18,625 nt of DNA from Promethearchaeia archaeon (GTDB lineage: Archaea > Asgardarchaeota > Lokiarchaeia > Sigyniarchaeales > SOKP01). The notes below the pieces were generated by a model. That model worked only from the letters and a program-made list of their open reading frames with translations, did no database searches and was not told where the DNA came from. This document shows positions 1-9,903 of this stretch, piece after piece (within the stretch, counting starts at the first letter, position 1; every line of letters begins with the position of its first letter). The translations under genes and the position numbers were made by a program. Location of the stretch: assembly GCA_046497275.1 (NCBI GenBank), contig JAWOFX010000059.1, positions 1 to 18,625 of the forward strand, read 5' to 3'.

Positions 1-4
1 ATGT

Positions 5-1012
5 TTAAGACTTTAAATCTTGAAAATACGCCTTAAATTCAAACAATTTTTCTTTAATATCTTTATAATTTTCCACTTTTGTATTTTCTCCTACAATTTG
101 CGCGATTGCGTCTTCAATTATCTTTAGATCTTTATATAGGTTCGGATCATAATATTTTTGTTCCGAAAGACTGCCTTCCCAAGGTTTTAATTTAGGCAAA
201 GAATTTAGTAGCCTTTTTTCCCAATTAATTTGGAATTTATAATCTTGAGTTAGTGGTTTAATTGAGTTGGGATCCCATTTTTGAATTATCCACGGTGCAT
301 ATGAATTCAATTTATCATAATCTAAAGCCAAATCAAATCTCCACTCATACTGATGGAACCAATTTGCCACCGCTATATAATTATCTCCTCCCTTTTTTTC
401 ATAGTGAAAGAACTGCCATGGTGCTACTTTTAAATCTTCAACTGCAAAAGGTTTCCCTTCACCATATTGGAAGAAAAACCCTAATTGATTAACCTTCTTT
501 GGATCATTTTCCTCAATTGTAAGGTATAATTCAATTTGAGTAATGTCTATTGTATTTCCATAAATCTCTTCCTCATACAATTTATAGATTAAATTTTTTG
601 CTTCATTTGGATGACATTTTCCAGAAAAAATAGGATAAAAAGTAAAACAATAATTGGAAGTTCTCCCTTCAGATGGACCTTTAAATATTTCAATCCAACA
701 TTCAATTGGTTTAATTCTAACATTTGTTCTCCAATAATTAAAAATAAGAATACTTGCGATAATTACACAAATAACTATAACAGATGCAAATAAAGGAATA
801 CTAAAATAGATTGAAGAGATCATTACTGAAATCGATATATAGATTAATAGCCCTCCCAAGATAAGGAAGAACCCTATTAATGAATTATATGATTCGTGCT
901 CTTTATCTTCTTTTGAAAATAAAATCTCTGGAGCATTATCAGTTATAATTTTTATTCCAAAATTATTCACGAATTGCTTGAACTTCACCTTAATCCATTC
1001 TGAATCTGACAT
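5..1012 (-). CDS. Hypothetical protein with two adjacent predicted TM helices near residues 45-90 and a soluble C-terminal region
   Basis: Complete 335-aa ORF; hydrophobic stretches SLIGFFLILGGLLIYISISVMISSIYFSIPLFASVIVICVIIASILIF; no family recognised. Confidence 0.75.
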   Translation of the reverse strand: MSDSEWIKVKFKQFVNNFGIKIITDNAPEILFSKEDKEHESYNSLIGFFLILGGLLIYISISVMISSIYFSIPLFASVIVICVIIASILIFNYWRTNVRIKPIECWIEIFKGPSEGRTSNYCFTFYPIFSGKCHPNEAKNLIYKLYEEEIYGNTIDITQIELYLTIEENDPKKVNQLGFFFQYGEGKPFAVEDLKVAPWQFFHYEKKGGDNYIAVANWFHQYEWRFDLALDYDKLNSYAPWIIQKWDPNSIKPLTQDYKFQINWEKRLLNSLPKLKPWEGSLSEQKYYDPNLYKDLKIIEDAIAQIVGENTKVENYKDIKEKLFEFKAYFQDLKS

Positions 1013-1206
1013 AATAATCTATTGCTCTCTCTAAATATAAAAAAGATCTTATAATTCAATAATAAAGAATTTGATTTTAAATTTAATTAAATTTGGTCAA
1101 ATATGGATTTCTTATAAGCTTTTTAGTAAATCAACTAAAAATAAATAAATCAGCTCTCTATGATATTTTTAATAAATATGATTAATTATAACCTATTAAG
1201 ATATAA

Positions 1207-3510
1207 ATGGTTGATTTTGACTCCTTTATAAAATCTATAAAATCAGAGAATTATTATTCTGATCAAATTTCCTATGTTCAGCACATACCTGAAAAAAAAG
1301 CGATATTCGGAGAAATAGAGAAGTCTATAAAGCCAAGAATTCAACGCTGGCTTGAAAGTAACAATATTGATATCTGGAGACACCAAGCTAAGGCAATTAA
1401 TTCAATTAGAGAAGGATTTAATACAGTAATTTCGACCTCAACCGCTTCTGGAAAATCGCTATGTTATAATCTATCAGTCTTTCAATCAATATTGGAAGAT
1501 CCTAAAACTACAGCACTTTATATCTTTCCTACTAAGGCATTAGCTCGAGATCAATATCACACGATTTTAAATATTTTTTCACAAACAAACATCAAACAAA
1601 CAAGAGTTGGATTGTACGATGGGGATATTGAAGCAAATGAAAAGAGACAAGTATTATCAGATGCTAATATTATAATTACAAATCCTTACGGTCTTCATGT
1701 TTATCTTCCGTGGTTTAAAAGAAAATGGGGAAGAATATGTCAAAATCTAAAATATATTGTTCTAGATGAGATTCATATTTATCGGGGGATATTTGGATCA
1801 AATTTCGCTTTATTAATTCGAAGATTGAAACGTATGTTGGAATCTTATGGAGTTAAACCCTTGTGGATCCTTTCCAGTGCAACTATTAATAACCCAAAAA
1901 AATTTGCAGAGAAATTAGTTGGTGAACCTTTTAATGTTATAGATGAAGATGATTCCCCATCCGGCGCAAAGAAGGTAATATTATGGGATTTACCTTATGA
2001 TGAATATTCTGAGAAATATCGATCTGCGCACCAAGAAACTAAAAATTTATTTATAACTCATTTGAAACAAGATATTCAAACACTCACGTTCACTTTATCT
2101 CGAAAAATGGCAGAATTACAAGCAATTTGGACGAGAGAGACCCTCCCAACCATTAAAGATAAAATCCACAGTTATCGAGCAGGTATTAGTAAATCGAAAA
2201 GAAGAGAAATCGAACAAAATTTTAAAAAAAGAAATATTTTAGGGATCAGTTCAACAAATGCCTTAGAATTGGGAATTGATATCGGATCTTTGGAAGCAAC
2301 TATTTGTTCTGGCTTTCCAGGAACTCTCTCCAGTTTCTGGCAACAAATCGGGAGATCTGGAAGGGGTGAGGAATTATCAATCTCAACATATATTCCAATG
2401 GAAAATCCCTTGGATTTATTCTATATTCATAATCCTGAGGTCTTATTTGGTCCTATTCAAGAAGAGATTCTTATCTCACTTAAAAATAAATATATCTTGA
2501 AAAATCATCTTTCATGTGCAGCTAAAGAACGGCCGCTAGAACTAGACGAATATCAGAAATTTTGTCTCCAAGATAAAGAATTATATATTAATTGTTTGGA
2601 GGAGCTTATTCAAGATAATTTATTGATGAAACGCGGAAAAAAATATTATTGGAAAGGCACTTATTATCCGAATCAAAAATATAATCTAAGTGATCTTTCC
2701 GATAAGATCTATAAGGTAATCTTGAAAACTCCAATGAAGGATTATATCTTAACAACCGAAGATGAGAGTTACGTTTTTCGAGATCTACATCCGGGGGCAG
2801 TGTATCTTTATGAAGCGGAAACCTATGTAGTAAAAGAAATTGATTTAGAAGAAAGAAAAGTCTTTATCTCTAAGGAAAGAGTCGATTACTATACACAATC
2901 ATTGAAACATACGGATATAATGCCTTTGGAGTTACTATATCAGAGTACATCGGGGCCCAAGGAAAATATTGAACTTCAATTTGGAGATGTAAGAGTAGAA
3001 CATGAATATTATTCCTATAAAGTTATTGATACATTGTCTCAAGAAATTAGATCCCGTCATCCACTTGAAAATATTCCAATTATTGAATATGAAACTCAAG
3101 CATTTTGGTTTTATATTCCCTTTGAAATTCAAAAACAATTGGAATCTGAGGGATTTGATTTGGGAGGATCAATACATGCAATCGAGCATGCGATGATTGC
3201 GATAGCACCTGCATTAGCACAAATTTCTCGTTGGGATCTCGGTGGAGTTTCTATTGATTTTGATCCTGTGAAACAAGAACCTATTATTTATATTTATGAT
3301 GCTTATCGTGGAGGTATTGGGATTTCTGAATTACTTTATTTTAATTTTAATGATCTATTAAGGCTCACATATAAATTAATTGATTCGTGTAGCTGTAATA
3401 CTCCTAATGGCTGTCCTGCTTGTATTATGTCTAGCCGCTGTGGGAATCAAAATAATCCATTAGATAAATTAGGTGCACTTTTCCTTTTAAGAAAATTGCT
3501 TAAATCTTAA
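1207..3510 (+). CDS. MrfA/YprA/Hrq1-type DEAH-box superfamily 2 helicase with C-terminal DUF1998-like Cys cluster
   Basis: 767 aa; Walker A-like STASGKSL, motif II DEIH, SSATI motif III, QQIGRSGRG motif VI, C-terminal CSCNTPNGCPACIMSSRCGNQNNPLDK. Confidence 0.9.
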   Translation: MVDFDSFIKSIKSENYYSDQISYVQHIPEKKAIFGEIEKSIKPRIQRWLESNNIDIWRHQAKAINSIREGFNTVISTSTASGKSLCYNLSVFQSILEDPKTTALYIFPTKALARDQYHTILNIFSQTNIKQTRVGLYDGDIEANEKRQVLSDANIIITNPYGLHVYLPWFKRKWGRICQNLKYIVLDEIHIYRGIFGSNFALLIRRLKRMLESYGVKPLWILSSATINNPKKFAEKLVGEPFNVIDEDDSPSGAKKVILWDLPYDEYSEKYRSAHQETKNLFITHLKQDIQTLTFTLSRKMAELQAIWTRETLPTIKDKIHSYRAGISKSKRREIEQNFKKRNILGISSTNALELGIDIGSLEATICSGFPGTLSSFWQQIGRSGRGEELSISTYIPMENPLDLFYIHNPEVLFGPIQEEILISLKNKYILKNHLSCAAKERPLELDEYQKFCLQDKELYINCLEELIQDNLLMKRGKKYYWKGTYYPNQKYNLSDLSDKIYKVILKTPMKDYILTTEDESYVFRDLHPGAVYLYEAETYVVKEIDLEERKVFISKERVDYYTQSLKHTDIMPLELLYQSTSGPKENIELQFGDVRVEHEYYSYKVIDTLSQEIRSRHPLENIPIIEYETQAFWFYIPFEIQKQLESEGFDLGGSIHAIEHAMIAIAPALAQISRWDLGGVSIDFDPVKQEPIIYIYDAYRGGIGISELLYFNFNDLLRLTYKLIDSCSCNTPNGCPACIMSSRCGNQNNPLDKLGALFLLRKLLKS

Positions 3511-3694
3511 TCTCCATATATTAAAACTTCTCATTAGTTTAGTATAAAAAAGAACAAAAAACCTTATATTATAATTGAAAAAACCTAAATTAAGAATTTA
3601 TAATTTAGAAAAAAGAAAATTATTAATCTTATTTTTTTATATGCATTTGAATTTAAACATTAATCAATAATTATAGAAGCCGGTAGAAATAATA

Positions 3695-4195
3695 ATGGAT
3701 TTGAAATGGGATGACATAAAATCTCCAACTAAAGATACTGATGAATATTTAGAATATATTAAGGAAAAGGATGATTTGATAAAGAGTTTTGAAGAATATC
3801 CTCCAAAAAAAGATATTTTGAATCAGATAAATAATTTATTATCTAAAAATAATGAGGAAGTTAAAATATTCGTAATTGGAGCTGATTGGTGCCATGATTG
3901 TGCTGAAAGAGTTCCAAATATGACTAAAATCATAAAACAACTTAATAATAACCGGATGCATTTCGAAGTCTTATATGGTGTTAAAACTAATCCTTTTCAT
4001 AAAAAGGATGAGCCTTTATGGCACAGAGAGCATTCTCCTCCGGAAGCAACAGATCCCAAATTCGAGTTAGAAGCAATCCCCACATTTTACTTTTTTAATA
4101 AAGAGGGGAGATTTCTAGGTAGAATAGTTGAAAAACCGAGAAAAGAAGATACTTTAGAAGAAGAAATGCTTAGAATTTTAAAAAAGAATCTGTAA
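3695..4195 (+). CDS. Thioredoxin-like protein
   Basis: 166 aa; VIGADWCHDCAERVPNMTKI active-site-like CxxC and downstream EAIPTFYFFNKEGRFLGRI (cis-Pro region). Confidence 0.8.
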   Translation: MDLKWDDIKSPTKDTDEYLEYIKEKDDLIKSFEEYPPKKDILNQINNLLSKNNEEVKIFVIGADWCHDCAERVPNMTKIIKQLNNNRMHFEVLYGVKTNPFHKKDEPLWHREHSPPEATDPKFELEAIPTFYFFNKEGRFLGRIVEKPRKEDTLEEEMLRILKKNL

Positions 4196-4305
4196 TTGTT
4201 TTTTTCTTTTGCTCCCTCCTTAAAACCTATTTTAAAAAATTTCGATACTTTTTCACTCATTTTAGTTTAATTAAAGTTAAATTTCAGACTAGCTATATTC
4301 TTTCT

Positions 4306-6339
4306 ATGAACAAATTAAAAGTCCAAAGAGTAATTATTTTCAAACACGGAGTCAGCTATTTTATTCTCAATGGAAACATAAAGGGAAATGGTACATTTGA
4401 ACTTGAATTTAAAATCGATGAGATGAATGATGTATTAAAATCACTCTTTGTCTTAGATACGAGTGAAAAAGGTTTCATTTCCAGTATTTCATATGATGCT
4501 GCGTTAGAAACTTCTCAGTTATTAAAATCAATAATTCTTGAAGTTCCAGATAAAGATTCTTTAACATCTCTTCTTACTCAAATTAAGGGAGCAAATGTTA
4601 AATTAACTTTAGGAAATGACGTAGAAGAAGTTTCTGGGACGATTATGGGAATAGAATTGAATGAACAAATCAGAAAAGAGATGAAAATAACTGAAAAATT
4701 ATTAGTATTACTGAAAGAAAATGGTGTAATTGTAAAACTTCCTTTTTCAGAAATATCTTCTTTCGATATTCTTAATGATGAAATAAAGAACGATCTTAAA
4801 TTCTACTTAGAAACCATAATCGCAAGTAAAAAGAAAGATAGTAAAAATATAATAATCAATTGCGAATCAGGGGGAAATGATAACATAAGTAGAGAAATCA
4901 TTGTGAGCTATATTAGAGAATCACCAATATGGAAAACTTCTTATCGTTTAATAATGAGTAAACAACAGAGTGAACGTGAAGCAGCTCTCCTTTCTGGATG
5001 GTGTATGGTTGAGAATACAACTAATCAAGACTGGGAAGATATTGAACTTACACTAGTGGCGGGAATGCCTGTTTCATTTATATATGATTTTTATCGACCA
5101 ATCTTTATTAAACGTCCAAAAATTGAACCTCCAAAAGTAATAAGTGCGACTCCAACAGAAATTGAAGAAGGTTTTGTTGCTGATGAATATAAAGAATATG
5201 CTAGGGAAGCGGAAATGGCTCCCTCTGGACCTCCTATGATGAGGGCAAAAAAAGCCGCATATGTAGGGGGCGGATTTAAAGCTGCTCCCTCCCCAACGGC
5301 ACGAATGGATGATAGTACACTTTTAGATAAAGTAAAGGCATCGACGAAAACCCAAATAAAAGATTTAGGAGAATTATTTGAGTATAATATCTCCAATCCT
5401 GTTTCTATAAAAAGAAAGAAAAGTGCTCTTGTGCCTATCTTAACAGAAGAAATTAAAGCTAAACGCATTCTTTTATATAATAAGACTGAACATGATAAAA
5501 ACCCGAATGCATGTCTTGAAATCACTAATAATACTAATTTAACTTTGGAAAGAGGGCCAGTCACTCTAGTATATGATAATAATCTCGCGGGAGAGGCAAT
5601 CATCCCATTTATGAATAAAGAGGATACCAGATTGTTAAATTATGCAATTGAACAAGCGGTTGTAATTAATACGGAAGAAAAAACAGAAAATAAGAATATC
5701 CATAAAATATCATTCGGAGGAGCTTATTGCTATGAATATTATTATACTAATCTATTAAGCACCTACAAGATTAAAAACAAAACAGAAGAGATAAAAGATT
5801 TATATATTGATCATCCCAAGAAATCACAATATGCAATCATCGAAAAACCAATTGAACCGGAGGAGACAGATAATTATTGGCGCTTTAAACTGACTTTGAA
5901 ACCAAAAGACGCTATAGAATTTAAAATTCTCGAGCAGAAAGAAAATTATACCAGTTATAATATTTGGAATTGGAATAAAGAGGATATCTTAAATAGAGTC
6001 TCTTTTTATATCAGAAAAAAATTCATAGATGAAAAATTAGAAAAAGAATTAAAAGAAGTTGCTGAATTAATTGGGAAAGTGAATTCTTTAAATCAAGAGA
6101 AATCAAAATTAGAGAATGAACGAGATGATCTTACAACTGAACAAGAGCGTCTACGTGAAAATATTTCTGTGTTAGGAAACACTACTCAAGAAGCCTCTCT
6201 AAGGGAAAAATACGTAAAAAAATTGTCAACCCAAGAAAATCGCTTTGAGGAGATTAGAGATAAAATTGATGAATTAGATAAAGAAATAAAGGAATTAAAT
6301 TCACAAATAGAAGAAAAAATTAATAATTTAAAAGCATAA
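4306..6339 (+). CDS. DUF4139-like protein with C-terminal coiled coil
   Basis: 677 aa; WKTSYRLIMSKQQSEREAALLSGWCMVENTTNQDWEDIELTLVAGMP resembles the DUF4139 core; C-terminal heptad-rich region ELKEVAELIGKVNSLNQEKSKLENERDDL... Confidence 0.6.
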   Translation: MNKLKVQRVIIFKHGVSYFILNGNIKGNGTFELEFKIDEMNDVLKSLFVLDTSEKGFISSISYDAALETSQLLKSIILEVPDKDSLTSLLTQIKGANVKLTLGNDVEEVSGTIMGIELNEQIRKEMKITEKLLVLLKENGVIVKLPFSEISSFDILNDEIKNDLKFYLETIIASKKKDSKNIIINCESGGNDNISREIIVSYIRESPIWKTSYRLIMSKQQSEREAALLSGWCMVENTTNQDWEDIELTLVAGMPVSFIYDFYRPIFIKRPKIEPPKVISATPTEIEEGFVADEYKEYAREAEMAPSGPPMMRAKKAAYVGGGFKAAPSPTARMDDSTLLDKVKASTKTQIKDLGELFEYNISNPVSIKRKKSALVPILTEEIKAKRILLYNKTEHDKNPNACLEITNNTNLTLERGPVTLVYDNNLAGEAIIPFMNKEDTRLLNYAIEQAVVINTEEKTENKNIHKISFGGAYCYEYYYTNLLSTYKIKNKTEEIKDLYIDHPKKSQYAIIEKPIEPEETDNYWRFKLTLKPKDAIEFKILEQKENYTSYNIWNWNKEDILNRVSFYIRKKFIDEKLEKELKEVAELIGKVNSLNQEKSKLENERDDLTTEQERLRENISVLGNTTQEASLREKYVKKLSTQENRFEEIRDKIDELDKEIKELNSQIEEKINNLKA

Positions 6340-6369
6340 TAATAAATTTAATTATTTCGAAGCTCTAAT

Positions 6370-6391
6370 CTATTTTTTTTTTTATTTTCTC
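6370..6391 (+). terminator. Poly-T tract downstream of the DUF4139-like gene, candidate archaeal terminator
   Basis: ctatttttttttttattttct shortly after the stop codon at 6339. Confidence 0.4.
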
Positions 6392-6519
6392 GACTTATTA
6401 TTTTACTTCTATTAAATATAAAATATTACAATATTAATCTTTAGAAGCCATGAATTTAGGATATGATTATTTTAAAAATTATGTATCACTTATTATTTTT
6501 AAAATAAAAAGGTGATTTA

Positions 6520-6723
6520 ATGAGTATCGAAAAGCTTGAAAAACAAGTAGAAGATCTTATGGAAAAAAGAGATGAGCTCGAAGAGAATTGCGATACTCTT
6601 CCTCAATGTCAAGAAGATAATGGCTGTGCTTCTTGCGAAATTTATGAACAAATTGAAAAAATTGATCAACAAATTGAAGAATTAGAAGATACAATAGAAA
6701 GCTTAATTCCAGAGGAAGATTAA
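6520..6723 (+). CDS. Small coiled-coil hairpin protein with four cysteines in the turn
   Basis: 67-aa ORF; SD-like GGTGA just upstream; ENCDTLPQCQEDNGCASCEIY between two charged heptad-like helices. Confidence 0.7.
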   Translation: MSIEKLEKQVEDLMEKRDELEENCDTLPQCQEDNGCASCEIYEQIEKIDQQIEELEDTIESLIPEED

Positions 6724-6846
6724 ACCATCAATCAAATTATTCATGTCCTATAAAAGCTATATCTTTTATTTCTTATTCTATTTATGATTTTTACATTAAT
6801 AGATTTCAAATGTACCTATTAAAAATACTATAAAGAAAAAAAAGAT

Positions 6847-8145
6847 TTAAATTCCAGCCATTTTATATAAGGTTCTTAACGCTCTGCTCATAATATATTG
6901 CTGAATTTGACGTGATCCTCCTACAATTTCCTGAATTCGAGAGATGTTTATATAATCATGCATAAGAGTATTATCGCATAACCCTGCACCTCCCATCGAG
7001 TTCCCTGCTTCATAACATACTTCTTCCGAAAGTTTAGTTGCTTGATATTTCAACTGCGAGGCAGATGCAACCATCACTTGTTGTATATTTCCAGGAATCT
7101 TCATATCTCCCCCAAACTTTTCAACTTTTTCATCATAGGATTGGCAGAATTTAAGCATTCCAAGTGTTAAATTTGTTGTCCTCGCCCATAAATCCGTTAA
7201 TAAAAAACCTACTCCTTGAAATTTGAGGATTAACTGGTTAAATTGTTCCCTTAGGTTTGCATAAATCACTGCATGAGCAAGAGAACCCCAACATTGAGCA
7301 ATACTCATTATTGCGATGGAAATTCTTTCTGGAACTAAACCTTCAAACATATATTCACGTCCTTTTCCAACACCCCCGAGAACATACTCCTTAGGAACGT
7401 GTACATTTACTAATTCTTCTTTTCCTAAATATAGTTTTGGAACCCATGGAATATTGACGCGTTCAGCATTAAAACCATCCCATCGTGTATCTATTAAGAA
7501 TTGAGCCATTTTCCCTACATTATTGGCCTCTGTAGTCGCATAGCATACTACATAATCAGATCTGGGGGCATTAGTATTATAAATCTTAGTTCCATTTAAA
7601 ATAAAACTTCCATCTTCTTGTTCCTCACAAGTAGTAAGTTGATGAAGGGCATCAGATCCTCTCTCTGGTTCTGTAATTAAAATTGCTCCAGGAGTTTTTC
7701 CTGTTACCATAGCTTTTAATGCTTCTAGTCTTTCGGACACATTCTCATGATGCCAATAGACTGGATTTACCGCCAACACTGTAGCTCCACTGCCCATTAG
7801 GAATTGTGGTGAAAACATATCAATTGCCAAAGTTCTTAAAAATTCTGCTGTTAATCCCCAATAATCATAATTGACATCAATCATCTCAAAATTATGCGCT
7901 CTCGTTATATATCCTTCTTGTCCGAAATCCTCTACCCAATCATAAATATCCTCTTCAGGTCCATGTTTTATATTATTTTTCTTTTGATATCTTTGACAAA
8001 AACGTTGAACTCCTTTTAAAAAATTAAATTCCTCGGGTTCAAGGATCGTCATCAGATTTGTATTTAGAAAAGAATAGCGGTTTTTCAAACTTAATTTTTC
8101 AAGTATTTCGTCATTAATTGCTTGTGTTTTAAACTTTTTTGGCAT
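6847..8145 (-). CDS. Acyl-CoA dehydrogenase family protein (paralog 1 of 3)
   Basis: 432 aa; ILITEPERGSDALHQL, VPERISIAIMSIAQCWGSLAHAVIYANLREQF, EIVGGSRQIQQYIMSRALRTL. Confidence 0.92.
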   Translation of the reverse strand: MPKKFKTQAINDEILEKLSLKNRYSFLNTNLMTILEPEEFNFLKGVQRFCQRYQKKNNIKHGPEEDIYDWVEDFGQEGYITRAHNFEMIDVNYDYWGLTAEFLRTLAIDMFSPQFLMGSGATVLAVNPVYWHHENVSERLEALKAMVTGKTPGAILITEPERGSDALHQLTTCEEQEDGSFILNGTKIYNTNAPRSDYVVCYATTEANNVGKMAQFLIDTRWDGFNAERVNIPWVPKLYLGKEELVNVHVPKEYVLGGVGKGREYMFEGLVPERISIAIMSIAQCWGSLAHAVIYANLREQFNQLILKFQGVGFLLTDLWARTTNLTLGMLKFCQSYDEKVEKFGGDMKIPGNIQQVMVASASQLKYQATKLSEEVCYEAGNSMGGAGLCDNTLMHDYINISRIQEIVGGSRQIQQYIMSRALRTLYKMAGI

Positions 8146-8425
8146 TTTTCTCTCACTGAAATTTAAGATTTCAATTCAATTATAACATTATTTTTTAAAT
8201 ATTATAAATAATTACTATTTTTTCTAAAAATAGGCATTGAAAATGCAGAAAAGTTTAAGAGAGATATGAAAATATTTACATAACCTAAAAATATTCTTGA
8301 AAAATGCTTGAAAATTATAATTTTTAGTTTCTTTCTAAATTAGACTTCACTCAAAAATAAATGAATTATTATGAAAAAAAGATCAAAAAAAATAAAAAAG
8401 AAGATTAAAATTGTAATTAAATGAC

Positions 8426-9733
8426 TTATACTGACATTTTAAAGAGAGTACGTAATGCTAATGACATTATATATTGTTGAATTTGACGTGAGCCTCCTAC
8501 AATTTCTTGGATACGAGAAATCCCGATATAATCGTACATGAGAGTATTATCACATAATCCTGCACCTCCCATTAAGTTCCCAGCTTCATAACATACATCT
8601 TTACAAAGAGATGTACAATGGAACTTTAACTGACTCGCAGCAGAAACCATTGCTTGGCTAATATTTTTTGGTATTTTATCTTCTCCTCCAAATTTCTCAA
8701 CTTTTTCATCATAGGCTTCGCAAAATTTCAGTAAAGCTAATGTTAAATTGGTTGTTTTAGACCATAATTCAGATAAGAGAAAACCGACTCCTTGAAACTT
8801 GAGAATTTCTTGATCAAATTGTTTTCTCATATTAGCATATAAAGCTGCATGAGCAACAGATCCCCAACATTCGCATATTGCCATTATTGCAATTCCAATC
8901 CTTTCAGGAACTAAACCCTCGAAAAGATATTCTCTTCCCTTCCCCACTCCCCCAAGAATATACTCTTTTGGAACGCGAAGATTTTCTAGATGTTCCTTTC
9001 CTAAATAAACCTTAGGAACCCATGGAATGAAGACTCTCTCACAATTCCAACCGTCCCAATCAGTATCGATTAAAAATTGCGCCATCTTGTTGCCGTTATT
9101 GCGTTCTGCGGTCGCATAAACCACTGCCCATTTAGATCTGGGAGCGTTAGTATTGTAAATTTTATCTCCATTAATTATATAACTCCCATCGGCTTGTTCA
9201 TCACATGTGGTTAATTGATGGACTGCATCGGATCCTCTTTCAGGTTCTGTAATACATATACATCCAGGTGCATCACCGACAACTAAATCTTTCAAGGCTT
9301 CCAATCTCACTGGGACATCTTCATGATGCCAATGAAGTGGATTAATAGCTAATACAGTAGCTCCACCTGCCATGGCAAATTGTGGATCAAACATATCCAC
9401 TGCAAGATTTCTCATCATTTCAACAGTTAACCCATATTCTTCAAAACCCGTATCAATTTCCTCAAAGGGATGAGCTCTAGAAATGTATCCTTCTTTTCCG
9501 AAATCATCAATCCAATCATAAACATCCTCTTCTGGTCCATGAGTAATTTCGTTTTTCTTTTCAAATCGCATACAGAATCTTTGAACATTTCTAAGAAATC
9601 CAAATTCTTCTTGAGTTAAAATACTCATTAGATTATTATTAAGGAAATTATATCGATTTTTTAAGCTTAATGCTTCTAAAATTTCATCATTTATAGCTTG
9701 AGTCTTAAACTTTTGACCCATATTTCTTCTCAC
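8426..9733 (-). CDS. Acyl-CoA dehydrogenase family protein (paralog 2 of 3); the start may be the internal MGQKF
   Basis: 435 aa; same motifs as neighbouring ORFs (ITEPERGSDAVHQL, VPERIGIAIMAICECWGS, EIVGGSRQIQQYIMSLALRTL). Confidence 0.92.
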   Translation of the reverse strand: MRRNMGQKFKTQAINDEILEALSLKNRYNFLNNNLMSILTQEEFGFLRNVQRFCMRFEKKNEITHGPEEDVYDWIDDFGKEGYISRAHPFEEIDTGFEEYGLTVEMMRNLAVDMFDPQFAMAGGATVLAINPLHWHHEDVPVRLEALKDLVVGDAPGCICITEPERGSDAVHQLTTCDEQADGSYIINGDKIYNTNAPRSKWAVVYATAERNNGNKMAQFLIDTDWDGWNCERVFIPWVPKVYLGKEHLENLRVPKEYILGGVGKGREYLFEGLVPERIGIAIMAICECWGSVAHAALYANMRKQFDQEILKFQGVGFLLSELWSKTTNLTLALLKFCEAYDEKVEKFGGEDKIPKNISQAMVSAASQLKFHCTSLCKDVCYEAGNLMGGAGLCDNTLMYDYIGISRIQEIVGGSRQIQQYIMSLALRTLFKMSV

Positions 9734-9903
9734 ATATTTTACTAATTATTTTTATTAAAATTTAGCAGTTAAAACAGCTAAGTTTAATTATATGCTTTGT
9801 TAAAGAACTATAAAAAGTTATAAAAATATAATCATAACTTTTCTAATAATAAGAAAAATAATAATAAAAAGAAGATTTGGTATTGAATGAATTAAGTAGT
9901 TAT

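Noticed and set aside
262-793. Plus-strand ORFs 262..492 and 611..793
   Set aside because: Antisense to a complete 335-aa ORF; no recognisable domains and biased composition.
2276-3196. ORFs 2276..2500, 2935..3138 (minus) and 3002..3196
   Set aside because: Embedded in the helicase gene in other frames; no protein-like features.
5091-5603. 170-aa minus-strand ORF
   Set aside because: Fully antisense to the DUF4139-like gene, which has clear domain-like and coiled-coil composition; the antisense product looks like a shadow ORF.
7316-7504. Plus-strand 62-aa ORF
   Set aside because: Antisense shadow inside a strongly supported acyl-CoA dehydrogenase gene.
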